Assembly: GCA_050294405.1 (NCBI GenBank)
Contig: JBNKOC010000009.1
Coordinates: 64,001 to 128,000, forward strand
Length of the DNA: 64,000 nt
From: Fibrobacteria bacterium
Lineage (GTDB): Bacteria; Fibrobacterota; Fibrobacteria; UBA11236; JADFYW01
Direction of reading: 5' to 3'
The position numbers and the translations under genes are program-made. Shown here one piece after another: positions 16,372 through 26,253 of this stretch. The notes below the pieces were generated by a model, which worked only from the letters and a program-made list of their open reading frames with translations, had not been told where the DNA came from and did no database searches. Position 1 is the first letter of the stretch. The number at the start of each line of letters is the position of its first letter.

Positions 16372-17535
16372 ATGGAATTTTGCGGTTACATAGAGGGTTA
16401 TTATGGAAAATTATTGAATTGGGATGAGCGCACTCAAATTGTCGCGAAATTGAGCCAATTATCCATGAATTGTTACCTATATGGGCCCAAAGAAGATAGC
16501 TACCATCGAAAAAATTGGAGTCTAGCTTATCCATCTGGCTGGATGGAAAATTTTTCCAAATTTGCCAGGAATTCAAAAAAGCTGGGGGTAGAAGTTATAC
16601 CTTCTTTAGCCCCAGGCCTTAGTTACAAATACCAATCCGCTTCCGATTTTAATAAACTATGCCAAAAAATTTCGGCCTTTCAAAAAATAGGAATTAAGAA
16701 ACTTGCCATCTTAATGGACGATATTTCAGATGAATTGCCTTCAAATTTAAAGCCCCGGTATTCCAGCTTGGGTGGAGCCCATGGGGCTTTGTTGGAAAAA
16801 TTACAACAGATGTTTAAGACAAAAATAAGTTTTTGGTTTTGCCCCACTATATATACCAGTGCTTTTTCCAACCGTCCAGTTGAACAGAATCTTTACTTGA
16901 AGGACTTGGCTAGAACCCTTCCAAAAAATATTCCGATTTTTTGGACGGGGGATCAGGTAATATCCTTAGCCATTCAAAAAAAGAATTTAAAACCATTACA
17001 TAAACTTTTTCCACAACAGCTTCTTATTTGGGATAACTATTATGCCAATGATTATTGTCCCCGCAGGATATTTTTAGGCCCTTTTCGGAAAAGAAATTCC
17101 GATGTATTGCCTTTGACAAAAGGGTATTTTATCAATCCAACGGGAAACCTTTATACGGATATTATGTATTTGGAAATATTATCTGTCTTTTTCAAAAAGA
17201 AAGCAATGTTAACAGGATATAAAGAAGTTATCAAAAAGCGCGGGATCAATAAAATATACTTGCCTTTGCTTAAATATTTCGACTCCCCCTTTGCCACATT
17301 GGATTTTTTTAAAATTCCGCTTTCGCAAATAAAAAAAGACATTCAATTGTGTACCCAATACCTTTTCGAGGAAAAGGGTCCGCTCCATTGCGAATGGTAT
17401 CCTTACATGCAAGGCTTAAGGGCGGATTTAAATTTAAGGGTAAAAAGAAATGAGCCTGATTTTTTAAAAGGGATGCCCAGTAGGCAACCTGATTTGTTAA
17501 GGAGCATCTTGTCGAGTAAGGGTTTTTCTGCTTAG
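16372..17535 (+). CDS. GH84 beta-N-acetylglucosaminidase (O-GlcNAcase-like)
   Basis: GYIEGYYG, YLYGPKED-YHR, LMDDI catalytic Asp pair, FCPT-Y, WTG, IWDNYYAND. Confidence 0.9.
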   Translation: MEFCGYIEGYYGKLLNWDERTQIVAKLSQLSMNCYLYGPKEDSYHRKNWSLAYPSGWMENFSKFARNSKKLGVEVIPSLAPGLSYKYQSASDFNKLCQKISAFQKIGIKKLAILMDDISDELPSNLKPRYSSLGGAHGALLEKLQQMFKTKISFWFCPTIYTSAFSNRPVEQNLYLKDLARTLPKNIPIFWTGDQVISLAIQKKNLKPLHKLFPQQLLIWDNYYANDYCPRRIFLGPFRKRNSDVLPLTKGYFINPTGNLYTDIMYLEILSVFFKKKAMLTGYKEVIKKRGINKIYLPLLKYFDSPFATLDFFKIPLSQIKKDIQLCTQYLFEEKGPLHCEWYPYMQGLRADLNLRVKRNEPDFLKGMPSRQPDLLRSILSSKGFSA

Positions 17536-17540
17536 AATAG

Positions 17541-18497
17541 TCAATTCTTAAACAGCCAATTTTTAAATGCAGCTAAACTGGCAGAATCGCTGTCTATGCG
17601 CCAATTGAGCTCGGCTTCTTCACGTTTATCAAAATTAAACCAGATGAAACCGTGTATTCTTTTATCGGATTCCAGCTCTTCTAAAAAATTTTGTATCCAG
17701 TGGGACTTTCGGGGATCCTGAGCGCAACCAATTTCGGCAATATATATGGGGTGAGAGAGTTTTTGGACCGCATCCAATGATTTTTTAAATACCTCGGAGT
17801 AACTTTTCCAGGAATGATATGGCTTGTAATTGTCGCCAAAATTATAACCATCCAGCCCGACCAGGTCTACATACTCTTTGCCTGGGTAATAGGGCAAAAT
17901 ATCTTTTTCGAAATTTTTTTCAGCCCATATGATGTTAGGAGAAAACATCCATTTTATGTTGTTTGCTCCCTGCTCTTTAAATATGCTGTAAACATGTCTC
18001 CATGCTTGTACGAATTTTTCGGGCTGTGCGCCCCAATTAAACCAGGAACCGTTCATTTCAAAACCAAAACGATAAATCACAGTTTTATTGTATTGAGCCG
18101 CCTCTTGTGCCCATGATATAAAATAAGAGTCGTATTTTCCTTCATATATGTCTTTTAAATAATCTTTTTTTGGATTTCGAAACCGCGACCATTTAGTAAG
18201 TTCAAGGGATATAATGGTAACAAGCCCTTTTGATTCATTGTATTTTATAGTATTGAGGGGGAAAGGTCGGTATAAATCCCTGAAAAACATAACATACTTT
18301 ATAGGGCGGGTTTTAGAATTTTCAAAAGTTGCTAATTCTTTTTCTAATTGTTGCTGGTATGGATTAAAACCCCAATATATCTGATATATGCCCCATTCAG
18401 GCGGGCCTTTTCTAAGGGGAGCTTGCCCTTCTCCCAGCGTAAAAAGAAAGGGCAGAAAAAAGCCAATTCTTTTTGTAAAGATTTGAATGAGTTCCAT
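17541..18497 (-). CDS. GH26 family glycoside hydrolase
   Basis: RFGFEMNGSWFNW, WMFSPN, YYPGKEYVDLVGLDGYN, IAEIG. Confidence 0.88.
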   Translation of the reverse strand: MELIQIFTKRIGFFLPFLFTLGEGQAPLRKGPPEWGIYQIYWGFNPYQQQLEKELATFENSKTRPIKYVMFFRDLYRPFPLNTIKYNESKGLVTIISLELTKWSRFRNPKKDYLKDIYEGKYDSYFISWAQEAAQYNKTVIYRFGFEMNGSWFNWGAQPEKFVQAWRHVYSIFKEQGANNIKWMFSPNIIWAEKNFEKDILPYYPGKEYVDLVGLDGYNFGDNYKPYHSWKSYSEVFKKSLDAVQKLSHPIYIAEIGCAQDPRKSHWIQNFLEELESDKRIHGFIWFNFDKREEAELNWRIDSDSASLAAFKNWLFKN

Positions 18498-18503
18498 TGA
18501 GGA

Positions 18504-19550
18504 TTAAGTTTGGGAATAAAAGGAAATGAGTTTATCCGTGGAGCTATCTGGACCCATTAGGAATAACTTATCCGTTGCTTTTAATTTCATATTGGAAGGC
18601 GGAACGAAATGGTGCACGCCCTCCCTTTCCAATGCTGTTACTGCCATACCTGTGTTTTCCCGGATTTGACTTTCAGCAATGGTTTTTCCAATGAGATTGG
18701 GAAATTTTTCCACTAAAAATGCGCATACATCTAAATTGTTGGCTTCGGAGCTGGTGGAACGGATTAAATCCACTACAGCTGGTTTAGCCAGCATTTCGTA
18801 CAATTGATGGGCTCCTGCTTTTGCAGGGCAGATGGTTCTTGTGGCTCCCGCTTTTAATAGCTTTGATTCCGTGGCCGGATCTTCGGACCGGGCTACAATG
18901 TCCATCTCTGGTTTTAATTGGCGTGCGGAAAGAGTAACAAACACATTGGCCGGATCATGAGGCAAGCAGGTCGCTAATCCCGAGGCGTTTTCCAGACCTG
19001 CGGAAAGTAGGACCTCTTCATCAGTGGCGTCGCCCTGGATATATAAAATGCCATGGGTTTCCGCTTCGGCAACTTTATCCTCATCGAGCTCCACCAGCAC
19101 AAATGGCATATCCATTCCCAGCATTTGATCGCATAGAGCTTTTCCCATTCGCCCATAACCAACAATAATGAAATGATTTTTAAGAGATTTAATTTGTTTC
19201 AACAATTTTCTCCTTCCAAAATGTTTGTTAAGCTCTCCATCAATTGCGAAAGCCACCAAATTGCTCGCTGCAGCGGCGGCCAGAAAGATTCCCACTAACA
19301 TAACCACTATGGAAAAATTTCTTTCCATAGAGCTAAGCGGACCTTCCATTCCGACGGTTGTTAATACCACAAGGGTGAAATAAAAACTGTCAATAAGGGT
19401 TCGCTGCCCTTCCACTTGGTCAATTCGGTCGATAAAATAATAACCCAAAGTGCCAAAAATTAATAAGCTGGAAAAAAGAGAAAGGCTTATAATCAGTTTT
19501 TTGCGCGCTTGTTTTATGGGATCGTGAATCCGTTTGGGAATTGGCTTCAT
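18504..19550 (-). CDS. Potassium channel with RCK (TrkA-N/C) domains
   Basis: YFTLVVLTTVG pore helix; GYGRMG Rossmann motif; GDATDE. Confidence 0.88.
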   Translation of the reverse strand: MKPIPKRIHDPIKQARKKLIISLSLFSSLLIFGTLGYYFIDRIDQVEGQRTLIDSFYFTLVVLTTVGMEGPLSSMERNFSIVVMLVGIFLAAAAASNLVAFAIDGELNKHFGRRKLLKQIKSLKNHFIIVGYGRMGKALCDQMLGMDMPFVLVELDEDKVAEAETHGILYIQGDATDEEVLLSAGLENASGLATCLPHDPANVFVTLSARQLKPEMDIVARSEDPATESKLLKAGATRTICPAKAGAHQLYEMLAKPAVVDLIRSTSSEANNLDVCAFLVEKFPNLIGKTIAESQIRENTGMAVTALEREGVHHFVPPSNMKLKATDKLFLMGPDSSTDKLISFYSQT

Positions 19551-19612
19551 ATCTTTCTAAAAATAAAACAGCATTTCATAATTTTGGGAAAGATGTTTCT
19601 ATTTTTTCAGTT

Positions 19613-19813
19613 ATGTATCCCGAACCGGCATCCCATTTCATCCAGTGTCCCTATTGTGCTCAAAATTTGGAGATTATTTTGGACACCTCGGTTTCCTTCC
19701 AAAAATATGTGGAAGATTGCGAAGTGTGCTGCCGCCCCATTTCTCTGCACATTGCAATTGAAGATGGAGCTGTTCGCTTCGTCGAAGCATTCAGAGAAGA
19801 AGATGACTTCTAA
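19613..19813 (+). CDS. CPXCG-motif cysteine-rich small protein
   Basis: QCPYCA..YVEDCEVCCRPI. Confidence 0.85.
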   Translation: MYPEPASHFIQCPYCAQNLEIILDTSVSFQKYVEDCEVCCRPISLHIAIEDGAVRFVEAFREEDDF

Positions 19814-19829
19814 ATTTGAAGTAGGCTGA

Positions 19830-20267
19830 TTATTGGGTTATGGTTTCCAATTTTTCGGCCTTTGGAATTAGACAAATATTATTGCCGTATAAATCCTGAA
19901 AGACAGCTTCTGAGTTTAAAAAGTTGTCCTTAATTTCAATTTCAATTTGAATTCCCAACTCCCGCAAACGGTTGATTTCAGCTTCCCAGCTCGAGGATTC
20001 TAAAACCATAAAAGAGTGCCTGGAACCTTGTTTGCCAACCTTTGATTTTTGGTGCGCGCTAACGGCTTCAACAAAGGTTATTTCGATGTTTCCTTGTGTG
20101 GGGTTTTCTATGCTCACCCATCGTGAATTCTTATGGATGTATTCATCTACTTTAACCTTAAACCCCAATATGTTTGTATAGAACTCAATAGCATCGTCAT
20201 AATTTTTTACGAGTAGAGTAAAGTGGCTTACTTTATTTTCATTTTTATAGTATCGATTTAGTGCCAA
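19830..20267 (-). CDS. VOC/glyoxalase family protein
   Basis: LLVKNYDDAIEFYTNILGF..FQDLYGN. Confidence 0.85.
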   Translation of the reverse strand: MALNRYYKNENKVSHFTLLVKNYDDAIEFYTNILGFKVKVDEYIHKNSRWVSIENPTQGNIEITFVEAVSAHQKSKVGKQGSRHSFMVLESSSWEAEINRLRELGIQIEIEIKDNFLNSEAVFQDLYGNNICLIPKAEKLETITQ

Positions 20268-20530
20268 AATTTTTCCCCGATTAATTTTTTAAACTCTCTG
20301 ATATCCCTTATTTTATAACGCTGGAGAAGGAGTTGCTACAATTAAATATAAATTTTTGAACTTATTATTTATACCGCAAAAAGCATAAAAAAACAAATAG
20401 TTGTTAATAGATGTGGATAAAATATTAAGAATCTTGTTTTTGCGAAAATTTAAAAGACAATGGCGCTTTGATTTAACAAGTTGAAAGCATTTTAGAAAAC
20501 AATAATCAAAAAGAGAATTGTTATTAATCC

Positions 20531-20560
20531 AAAAAAAAAGCCACTCCGAAAAGGAGTGGC
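20531..20560 (-). terminator. Intrinsic terminator of the MFS gene
   Basis: GCCACTCC-gaaaa-GGAGTGGC with adjacent A9. Confidence 0.85.
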
Positions 20561-20584
20561 CTAAAATCTGAAAAAAATGGCTTA

Positions 20585-22183
20585 TTAATTTTCCTTAGCC
20601 ATTTCCTCCGCAAGGTTAATTGGTTTGTACCCGCCATTGGCTCGGAACCATAACATAATCAAAGCAAAACCAATTGCCATTGAAATTGGGAGAACCGCTG
20701 CAACTCGCAGTGTTTGACGGCCAGTTGTTTGGAGGCTTGCCCTTACTGGCTCTTTGCTTTCTTCAGGGAATTCAGGCTGAGCTAAAACAGCTTCGGCATT
20801 TACAGAAGTATAAGAAACGCCAAACAAAACCTTATCTTGAACAATTTTGTTTTCTTTTCCTTTTACAGTTATTGTACGGCCTTCATCCTTTAACTGTTGA
20901 ACCACAGCTGCTTGTTCTTTCATTACTGCGGTGGCGTTGTAATGCTCTTGCACGGCTCCTAAAAAGGGTCCGCCGAAAATACCTACAGTGAGAAGTCCCA
21001 TGGCTGAAACAGTATTCAATGTTAATGCGCCACCTTTGGGGAAGCGTTCTGCTGTGAATCCAAGAACCGCAGGCCAGTAAAAAGTTTGACCAATGGCATA
21101 GAATACGAAGGCTACAAAAATGGCTGCACCATTTGCAGTGGAAAGCCAAAACAAGCCAATGATGGAAAACACGGAGCTAATGAGCAATAACCCAAGTGGA
21201 CCAGTGAACTTAAGAGGTATGCCTACACCAAAACGCAACACCATCATAATGCCGGCAGAAAATACCAGCGCCCATCCGGCGTTTGCACCTAATACAGGTT
21301 TCATTAAGTTTTGAATCCAGGCATCTGTCGCAAGTTCTGCAGTAGCCAAAGGCACCATTAGTACGCAAAGGAAAAAGAACATCCATTTGCCCAAAGATTT
21401 TAATCCAAATCCAAAGGCGACACCACCAATAATACCGGTGATTAAGGACGCTACTAAGCGTGAATATTGGCCTCCGGCAAAAAGATGGGCTTGATTATAA
21501 AACTCGTAACTGATAAACATAGCGGCCAGAAACATTCCCAACCCGCCAAATTCTCTTAACATTTCAGAATATGGAACTTTGGCTTCCACACGTTCATCAA
21601 CGGGGTATCTTTTGGCCAAGATAAACATAACACCGTAAGCCAAAACAGGTAAAAGCATAAAAAACCAAGCGGTTTTAGCTGTTCCCCAGGTGTCCACGTT
21701 TTTGTAGAAAAGCATGTATATTGTTCCACCAATTACAATTCCCGCAGGCCAGGCTGCATGAAGAATAGCCATGTATTTGGTTTTTGCATCTCTATAAATA
21801 GAAGCAACTAAGGGGTTAATACAAGCTTCTACGATTCCATGACCTAAACCGGCAAAAAGGCAGGCTACCAAAAGACCATTGAATCCGCCTGCGGTAAAAG
21901 TCAATATTACAGATAAAGCCTGCAAAGTAAAGGCCGCCATCATGGATTTTTTGTAACCCACTTTATCTACGATGAAACTGAAAAGAATCATCATAACTGC
22001 AATGGGCCATAAACCTGCGCCTAACAACGTTCCAACCTCAGTTTCTAAAACGTTTAGCTCGGCCTGCCACAATGCTGGTGCCATGGCCCGGAATACAAAG
22101 CCAACACCTGCGGCGGTAAGCGAAAGAAAGCTAGCCCAAAAAAGGGTCTTTTTTTCGCCTTCGGTCAAATCTATTGAAACCAT
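20585..22183 (-). CDS. MFS sugar transporter
   Basis: About 12-14 hydrophobic helices; VDKVGYKK, LHAAWPAG, AERFPKGGA. Confidence 0.88.
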   Translation of the reverse strand: MVSIDLTEGEKKTLFWASFLSLTAAGVGFVFRAMAPALWQAELNVLETEVGTLLGAGLWPIAVMMILFSFIVDKVGYKKSMMAAFTLQALSVILTFTAGGFNGLLVACLFAGLGHGIVEACINPLVASIYRDAKTKYMAILHAAWPAGIVIGGTIYMLFYKNVDTWGTAKTAWFFMLLPVLAYGVMFILAKRYPVDERVEAKVPYSEMLREFGGLGMFLAAMFISYEFYNQAHLFAGGQYSRLVASLITGIIGGVAFGFGLKSLGKWMFFFLCVLMVPLATAELATDAWIQNLMKPVLGANAGWALVFSAGIMMVLRFGVGIPLKFTGPLGLLLISSVFSIIGLFWLSTANGAAIFVAFVFYAIGQTFYWPAVLGFTAERFPKGGALTLNTVSAMGLLTVGIFGGPFLGAVQEHYNATAVMKEQAAVVQQLKDEGRTITVKGKENKIVQDKVLFGVSYTSVNAEAVLAQPEFPEESKEPVRASLQTTGRQTLRVAAVLPISMAIGFALIMLWFRANGGYKPINLAEEMAKEN

Positions 22184-22536
22184 TCGTTAACTCCTTGTTC
22201 TGTTTAAATACCTATCTATTGTGGAATGGGTTTTTACAAACCCATAAAAAATTCTTTTAACGGCAAATAATATTAGAAAAAAAAAATCGGAAGCAATGGC
22301 ATTAGGTCAAGAAAAATTCACAGCTATTCCACTGCTATGCTTTTCTGAGCATTTTTGCCAGATTTCTGACGATTTTATGAATAAATCCATGAAGATTTAT
22401 GCCAAAGCCAATTACTGAAGGTCAAAATTAATTTTGTGGGCTAACTTATATGGAGCGGGGTTTTCCAAAAATTTGAAATATTAAGTAAAATTTATTGCCA
22501 AACAAAGGACCGAAAAAGGAGTGGAGCTGATATTTT

Positions 22537-23382
22537 ATGCTCAATGTCTTCGAATACACTAATTACAGAAAATTTCTTTTGGATTTTTATCATGAACAAA
22601 AATCCAAAAATGAAAGTTTTTCTTATCAAATTATGGCCAACAAGGCGGGTTTTCGATCCAAAAGTTTTATCAAATTAGTTATTGATGGAAAAAAAAATCT
22701 CACCCGGGAATCGGCACTTAAAATTAACTCAGTTATAAAGCTCAATGAAAAAGCGTTTTCTTATTTTGAAGATTTAATTGCATTTAATCAGGCCAAAACC
22801 CTTAAGCTTAGAAATCTTTTTTTTGAAAAATTATCTGGCTACAACCCCAGAAATCCGGCGAGGTTAGTGCTGCAATACGAGTATGAATTTTACTCCAAAT
22901 GGTACCATAATACGATTCGGGAAATTGTTACAGCAATTCAATTCAAGGAGGATTACTCTTGGTTGGCCCGGCAGCTCAATCCACCAATTTCCCCTAAGCA
23001 AGCAAAAGAGTCTGTCCAGTTGTTGCTTAAGTTGAATCTGATTCAAAAAGACGAAAATGGATATCAGCTAACAGATAAAATATTAACCACAGGGGATGAA
23101 GTTAAAAGCTTGGCTGTTTCTAATTTTCATTTTCAGAATTTAAATCTGGCTGCGAAATCCATTGAGTCAACCTCCTCAGGAGAAAGAGATATCTCTTGCT
23201 TGGTGGCCGGGTTATCCCTGGAAAATTTTCATGTTGTAAAAGAAGAAATTCAAAAATTTCGGAAGAGAATTTTGGAAATAGCCCAGCAAGAAGAAAATGT
23301 GAATAGGGTTTACCACATAAACTTTCAATTTTTTCCCAGTTCGGAAAAGTTGTTGGGTTCGCAAGAGAAGGATGAGTTATGA
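22537..23382 (+). CDS. TIGR02147/DUF4423 family protein (HTH-containing paralogous family of Fibrobacterota)
   Basis: NVFEYTNYRKFLLDFY, FSY..AGF-S-SF, FYSKWYH..IRE, RDIS, VYHINFQFFP. Confidence 0.9.
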   Translation: MLNVFEYTNYRKFLLDFYHEQKSKNESFSYQIMANKAGFRSKSFIKLVIDGKKNLTRESALKINSVIKLNEKAFSYFEDLIAFNQAKTLKLRNLFFEKLSGYNPRNPARLVLQYEYEFYSKWYHNTIREIVTAIQFKEDYSWLARQLNPPISPKQAKESVQLLLKLNLIQKDENGYQLTDKILTTGDEVKSLAVSNFHFQNLNLAAKSIESTSSGERDISCLVAGLSLENFHVVKEEIQKFRKRILEIAQQEENVNRVYHINFQFFPSSEKLLGSQEKDEL

Positions 23383-26036
23383 TAGTTCGACTCCTCCTTA
23401 TTTTGATTTTGCTGTCCGCTACGTTTTGGAATTGTTCTAATGAGTCTCTTGCAGGGGGATCGGAAATCGGAAATCCGGAAACCACCATTATAGCTGGCAT
23501 GGTTTTCGAAGAGGATGGCAGCACACCAGCCAGTGGAGCGCTGGTCAAATTGCGGCCTCAAAATTATTTGGCAGATACATCTCAGATAAATCGCCAAAGT
23601 ATAAGTGGACAGGGCAAGGATACTATCGCAAATTCTAATGGGGAATTTTTCATAACCAATTTGGACACCGGTAAATATTACCTTGAAATTCAAGGCCAAG
23701 CCAGCCAGGGAATTTTTACTGCGGTTTATATATCTGAAATCGTAGATACCTTGTTTCTCGGGGAACATTTTTTAAAGAAAACGGGGTCTATTACAGGGGC
23801 CGTGGAAAACAGCTTTGAAGGGAATCAAGCTGCTTATGTGCAAATTTATGGTATGGATAAGGTGGCGCCGGTAGACCCTGTGACTCAGCAGTACGAAATT
23901 CACGAAATTCCCGAGGGGGATTTTACTTTAAAAATACTAAGCAGTGCTCCTAATATAAGTCCGGTGGAAGTGAAGGCCTCCACAGTTTCCAACGATACCC
24001 TGAAATTAAGCGCTGTTACTCTAAGGCCCTTTTATAGCGATTGGAAAGAACAGGAAAAATTTTATTTAAACACATCTATTACAGGTGCTAACATCTACTC
24101 TGATGTTTATGGCTTTCCTCTCTTGTTAAGGCTCTCAGAAGACAATGTGGATTTTGATAACATCCGGCCCGAGGAAATCCGCATGGCTAATCATAAGGGA
24201 CAGCCCCTGGTATTCGAAATAGAAAGTTGGGATGCACAAAATAAAACAGCCCAACTTTGGGTGCTTTTAGATACGGTTTTTGCGCAAAGTACTAAGCAAT
24301 ACATTTCTCTTTTGTGGGGCAATTCAGAGGCGGTTTTTCCAGAATTTGAAGAATCCGTATTTAGCCTTAAAAATGGGTTTTCAGCGGTTTGGCATTTTGA
24401 GAAGAGGGCGTTTGAGAATGAGGCGAACATAAAAGACTGGAGTGGAAATAATAACCACGGAGTATCGAAAGGGCAGTGGTCAGATGCGAATTACGAGGAG
24501 GGTGTCTCGGGGGCATCGATTTTTTTGGATGGGGTAGATGATTATATAAGTTTTGCCAATACAGAAAATATTCCTATACATAACGACAGTTACACATTAT
24601 CCGGATGGATTCAGGTGAGGGATATGGGTGTATACAGCATGTTAGGCTGGGGTGAGTATACTGTTAAAAAAAGCAATGCCTTTAGAGTGGCCCCGGATTT
24701 CGGCGGAGGCTTGCGAAATTACTGGTATGCCCATGATTTAACCGTTGAAACCGGGGACATATCCGGGCAATGGCGCCATGTGGTGGCTTTATATGATGGA
24801 ATTAAGAGAAAAATATATATGGATGGAATGTTAATGGGAGAAGATGTTCCGGATGGCCATGATGTTCCTTATTCTCATAATTTGACTATAGGGACGGCAT
24901 GTTGTGACGAGTTTTTTACAGGTAAAATGGACGAGCTGAGAATAAGCAAAGCCCCTCGATCTGAGAGTTGGATAAAATTGAGTTACCAAAACCAGAAACC
25001 CGGCCAAACCCTGCTGGAAAAAGGCTTGGAAGAATGGGAGCATTCGGCTTCACTTGTTTTATCTTTAGACAGCTTGGACTTATCTCAGGATGTTAATGGC
25101 TATCCTTTATTGCTAAAACTTCATTCAGGGAATTTTAACTTCGATGAAACACAAGTGGATGGTTCGGATTTGCGTTTTACAGATGTTAGTGGTATTCGTC
25201 TGTCCCACGAAATAGAATATTGGGATAAAACGGGCGAACAGGGGGTTGTCTGGATTTTATACGATAGTATTTCAGCGGATTTGGATAGCCTAAAACTGCG
25301 AATGTATTGGGGCAATAACATGGCAGGAATCTCGCAAAACCCAGGTCAGGTATTCAAAAATGAGTTAGGCTTTGCGGGCGTTTGGCATTTGTCCGAGGAG
25401 GCGCAGGGTAGGGGGACGTCTAATGTTTATAGAAATTTTGTTGAAGATTTGGGCCACGGCGCGGATAGCATTTCTAGCAGCAGAAAAACAGGATGGATTG
25501 GAAGAGCGGCTCATTTTGTGGAGGGTGATTATATTCCCATATCAAAATCCCCCCTCTCCTTTTATCAAAAAGATAATATCAGTATTTCCACTTGGGTGAA
25601 ATTAGACAGTTTGGATTTGGGAGGCGGTTTGATTTTTACTATGGGAGATAATTATGGGCTGCGATTTACCCAAACTGGGGTGACCTTCTGGACTCATCAA
25701 CTCCAGTCGGATAGTTCCGTTTTCCAGGACAGGGAGGTAGACTGGAATTTTTTGGGCGGCAGCTGGCATCATCTGGTGGCTACTTTTAACACGGACAGCA
25801 GTTTTATTTTTATTGATGGGAGTCGAATAGGGAGCTTTGGCTCTAGCCAACCCATACAATTTTCCCGCTATAGCTATAGCTTGATTGGAAGGCACATACC
25901 TGAGAGGCAGGGGCTTTTCCAATTTTATGGAAGTTTAGATGAATTGAGATTATACTCTAAAGTGTTATCTGGGGATTGGATTGCGTTGGATTTTTTCCTT
26001 CAATCAGGGGATAAATGGACTATCAAAAAGAAATAG
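23379..26036 (+). CDS. Lipoprotein with carboxypeptidase-regulatory-like domain and two DUF2341+LamG modules
   Basis: FWNC lipobox, AGGSEIGN; repeated FPLLLRL..FEIESWD..VWH..DELR units. Confidence 0.85.
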   Translation: MIVRLLLILILLSATFWNCSNESLAGGSEIGNPETTIIAGMVFEEDGSTPASGALVKLRPQNYLADTSQINRQSISGQGKDTIANSNGEFFITNLDTGKYYLEIQGQASQGIFTAVYISEIVDTLFLGEHFLKKTGSITGAVENSFEGNQAAYVQIYGMDKVAPVDPVTQQYEIHEIPEGDFTLKILSSAPNISPVEVKASTVSNDTLKLSAVTLRPFYSDWKEQEKFYLNTSITGANIYSDVYGFPLLLRLSEDNVDFDNIRPEEIRMANHKGQPLVFEIESWDAQNKTAQLWVLLDTVFAQSTKQYISLLWGNSEAVFPEFEESVFSLKNGFSAVWHFEKRAFENEANIKDWSGNNNHGVSKGQWSDANYEEGVSGASIFLDGVDDYISFANTENIPIHNDSYTLSGWIQVRDMGVYSMLGWGEYTVKKSNAFRVAPDFGGGLRNYWYAHDLTVETGDISGQWRHVVALYDGIKRKIYMDGMLMGEDVPDGHDVPYSHNLTIGTACCDEFFTGKMDELRISKAPRSESWIKLSYQNQKPGQTLLEKGLEEWEHSASLVLSLDSLDLSQDVNGYPLLLKLHSGNFNFDETQVDGSDLRFTDVSGIRLSHEIEYWDKTGEQGVVWILYDSISADLDSLKLRMYWGNNMAGISQNPGQVFKNELGFAGVWHLSEEAQGRGTSNVYRNFVEDLGHGADSISSSRKTGWIGRAAHFVEGDYIPISKSPLSFYQKDNISISTWVKLDSLDLGGGLIFTMGDNYGLRFTQTGVTFWTHQLQSDSSVFQDREVDWNFLGGSWHHLVATFNTDSSFIFIDGSRIGSFGSSQPIQFSRYSYSLIGRHIPERQGLFQFYGSLDELRLYSKVLSGDWIALDFFLQSGDKWTIKKK

Positions 26037-26253
26037 TACGAATCTTTATTTTTATATGAATATATCCGCATAAATTGCTTTGCTATTGCATGGCTTGGAG
26101 GAGATAAATTACCTTGGATTTTCACAATTTTGAATTTTTAATCCGTTTTCTAAATAGAAAACGATTTCTGCAAAAAGGCATAAGGATTATTTTAATTTTC
26201 TGCCTATATTTAAATTACCTGGGCGTTATTCCTTTTAGGAGGGGGTTATTTTT

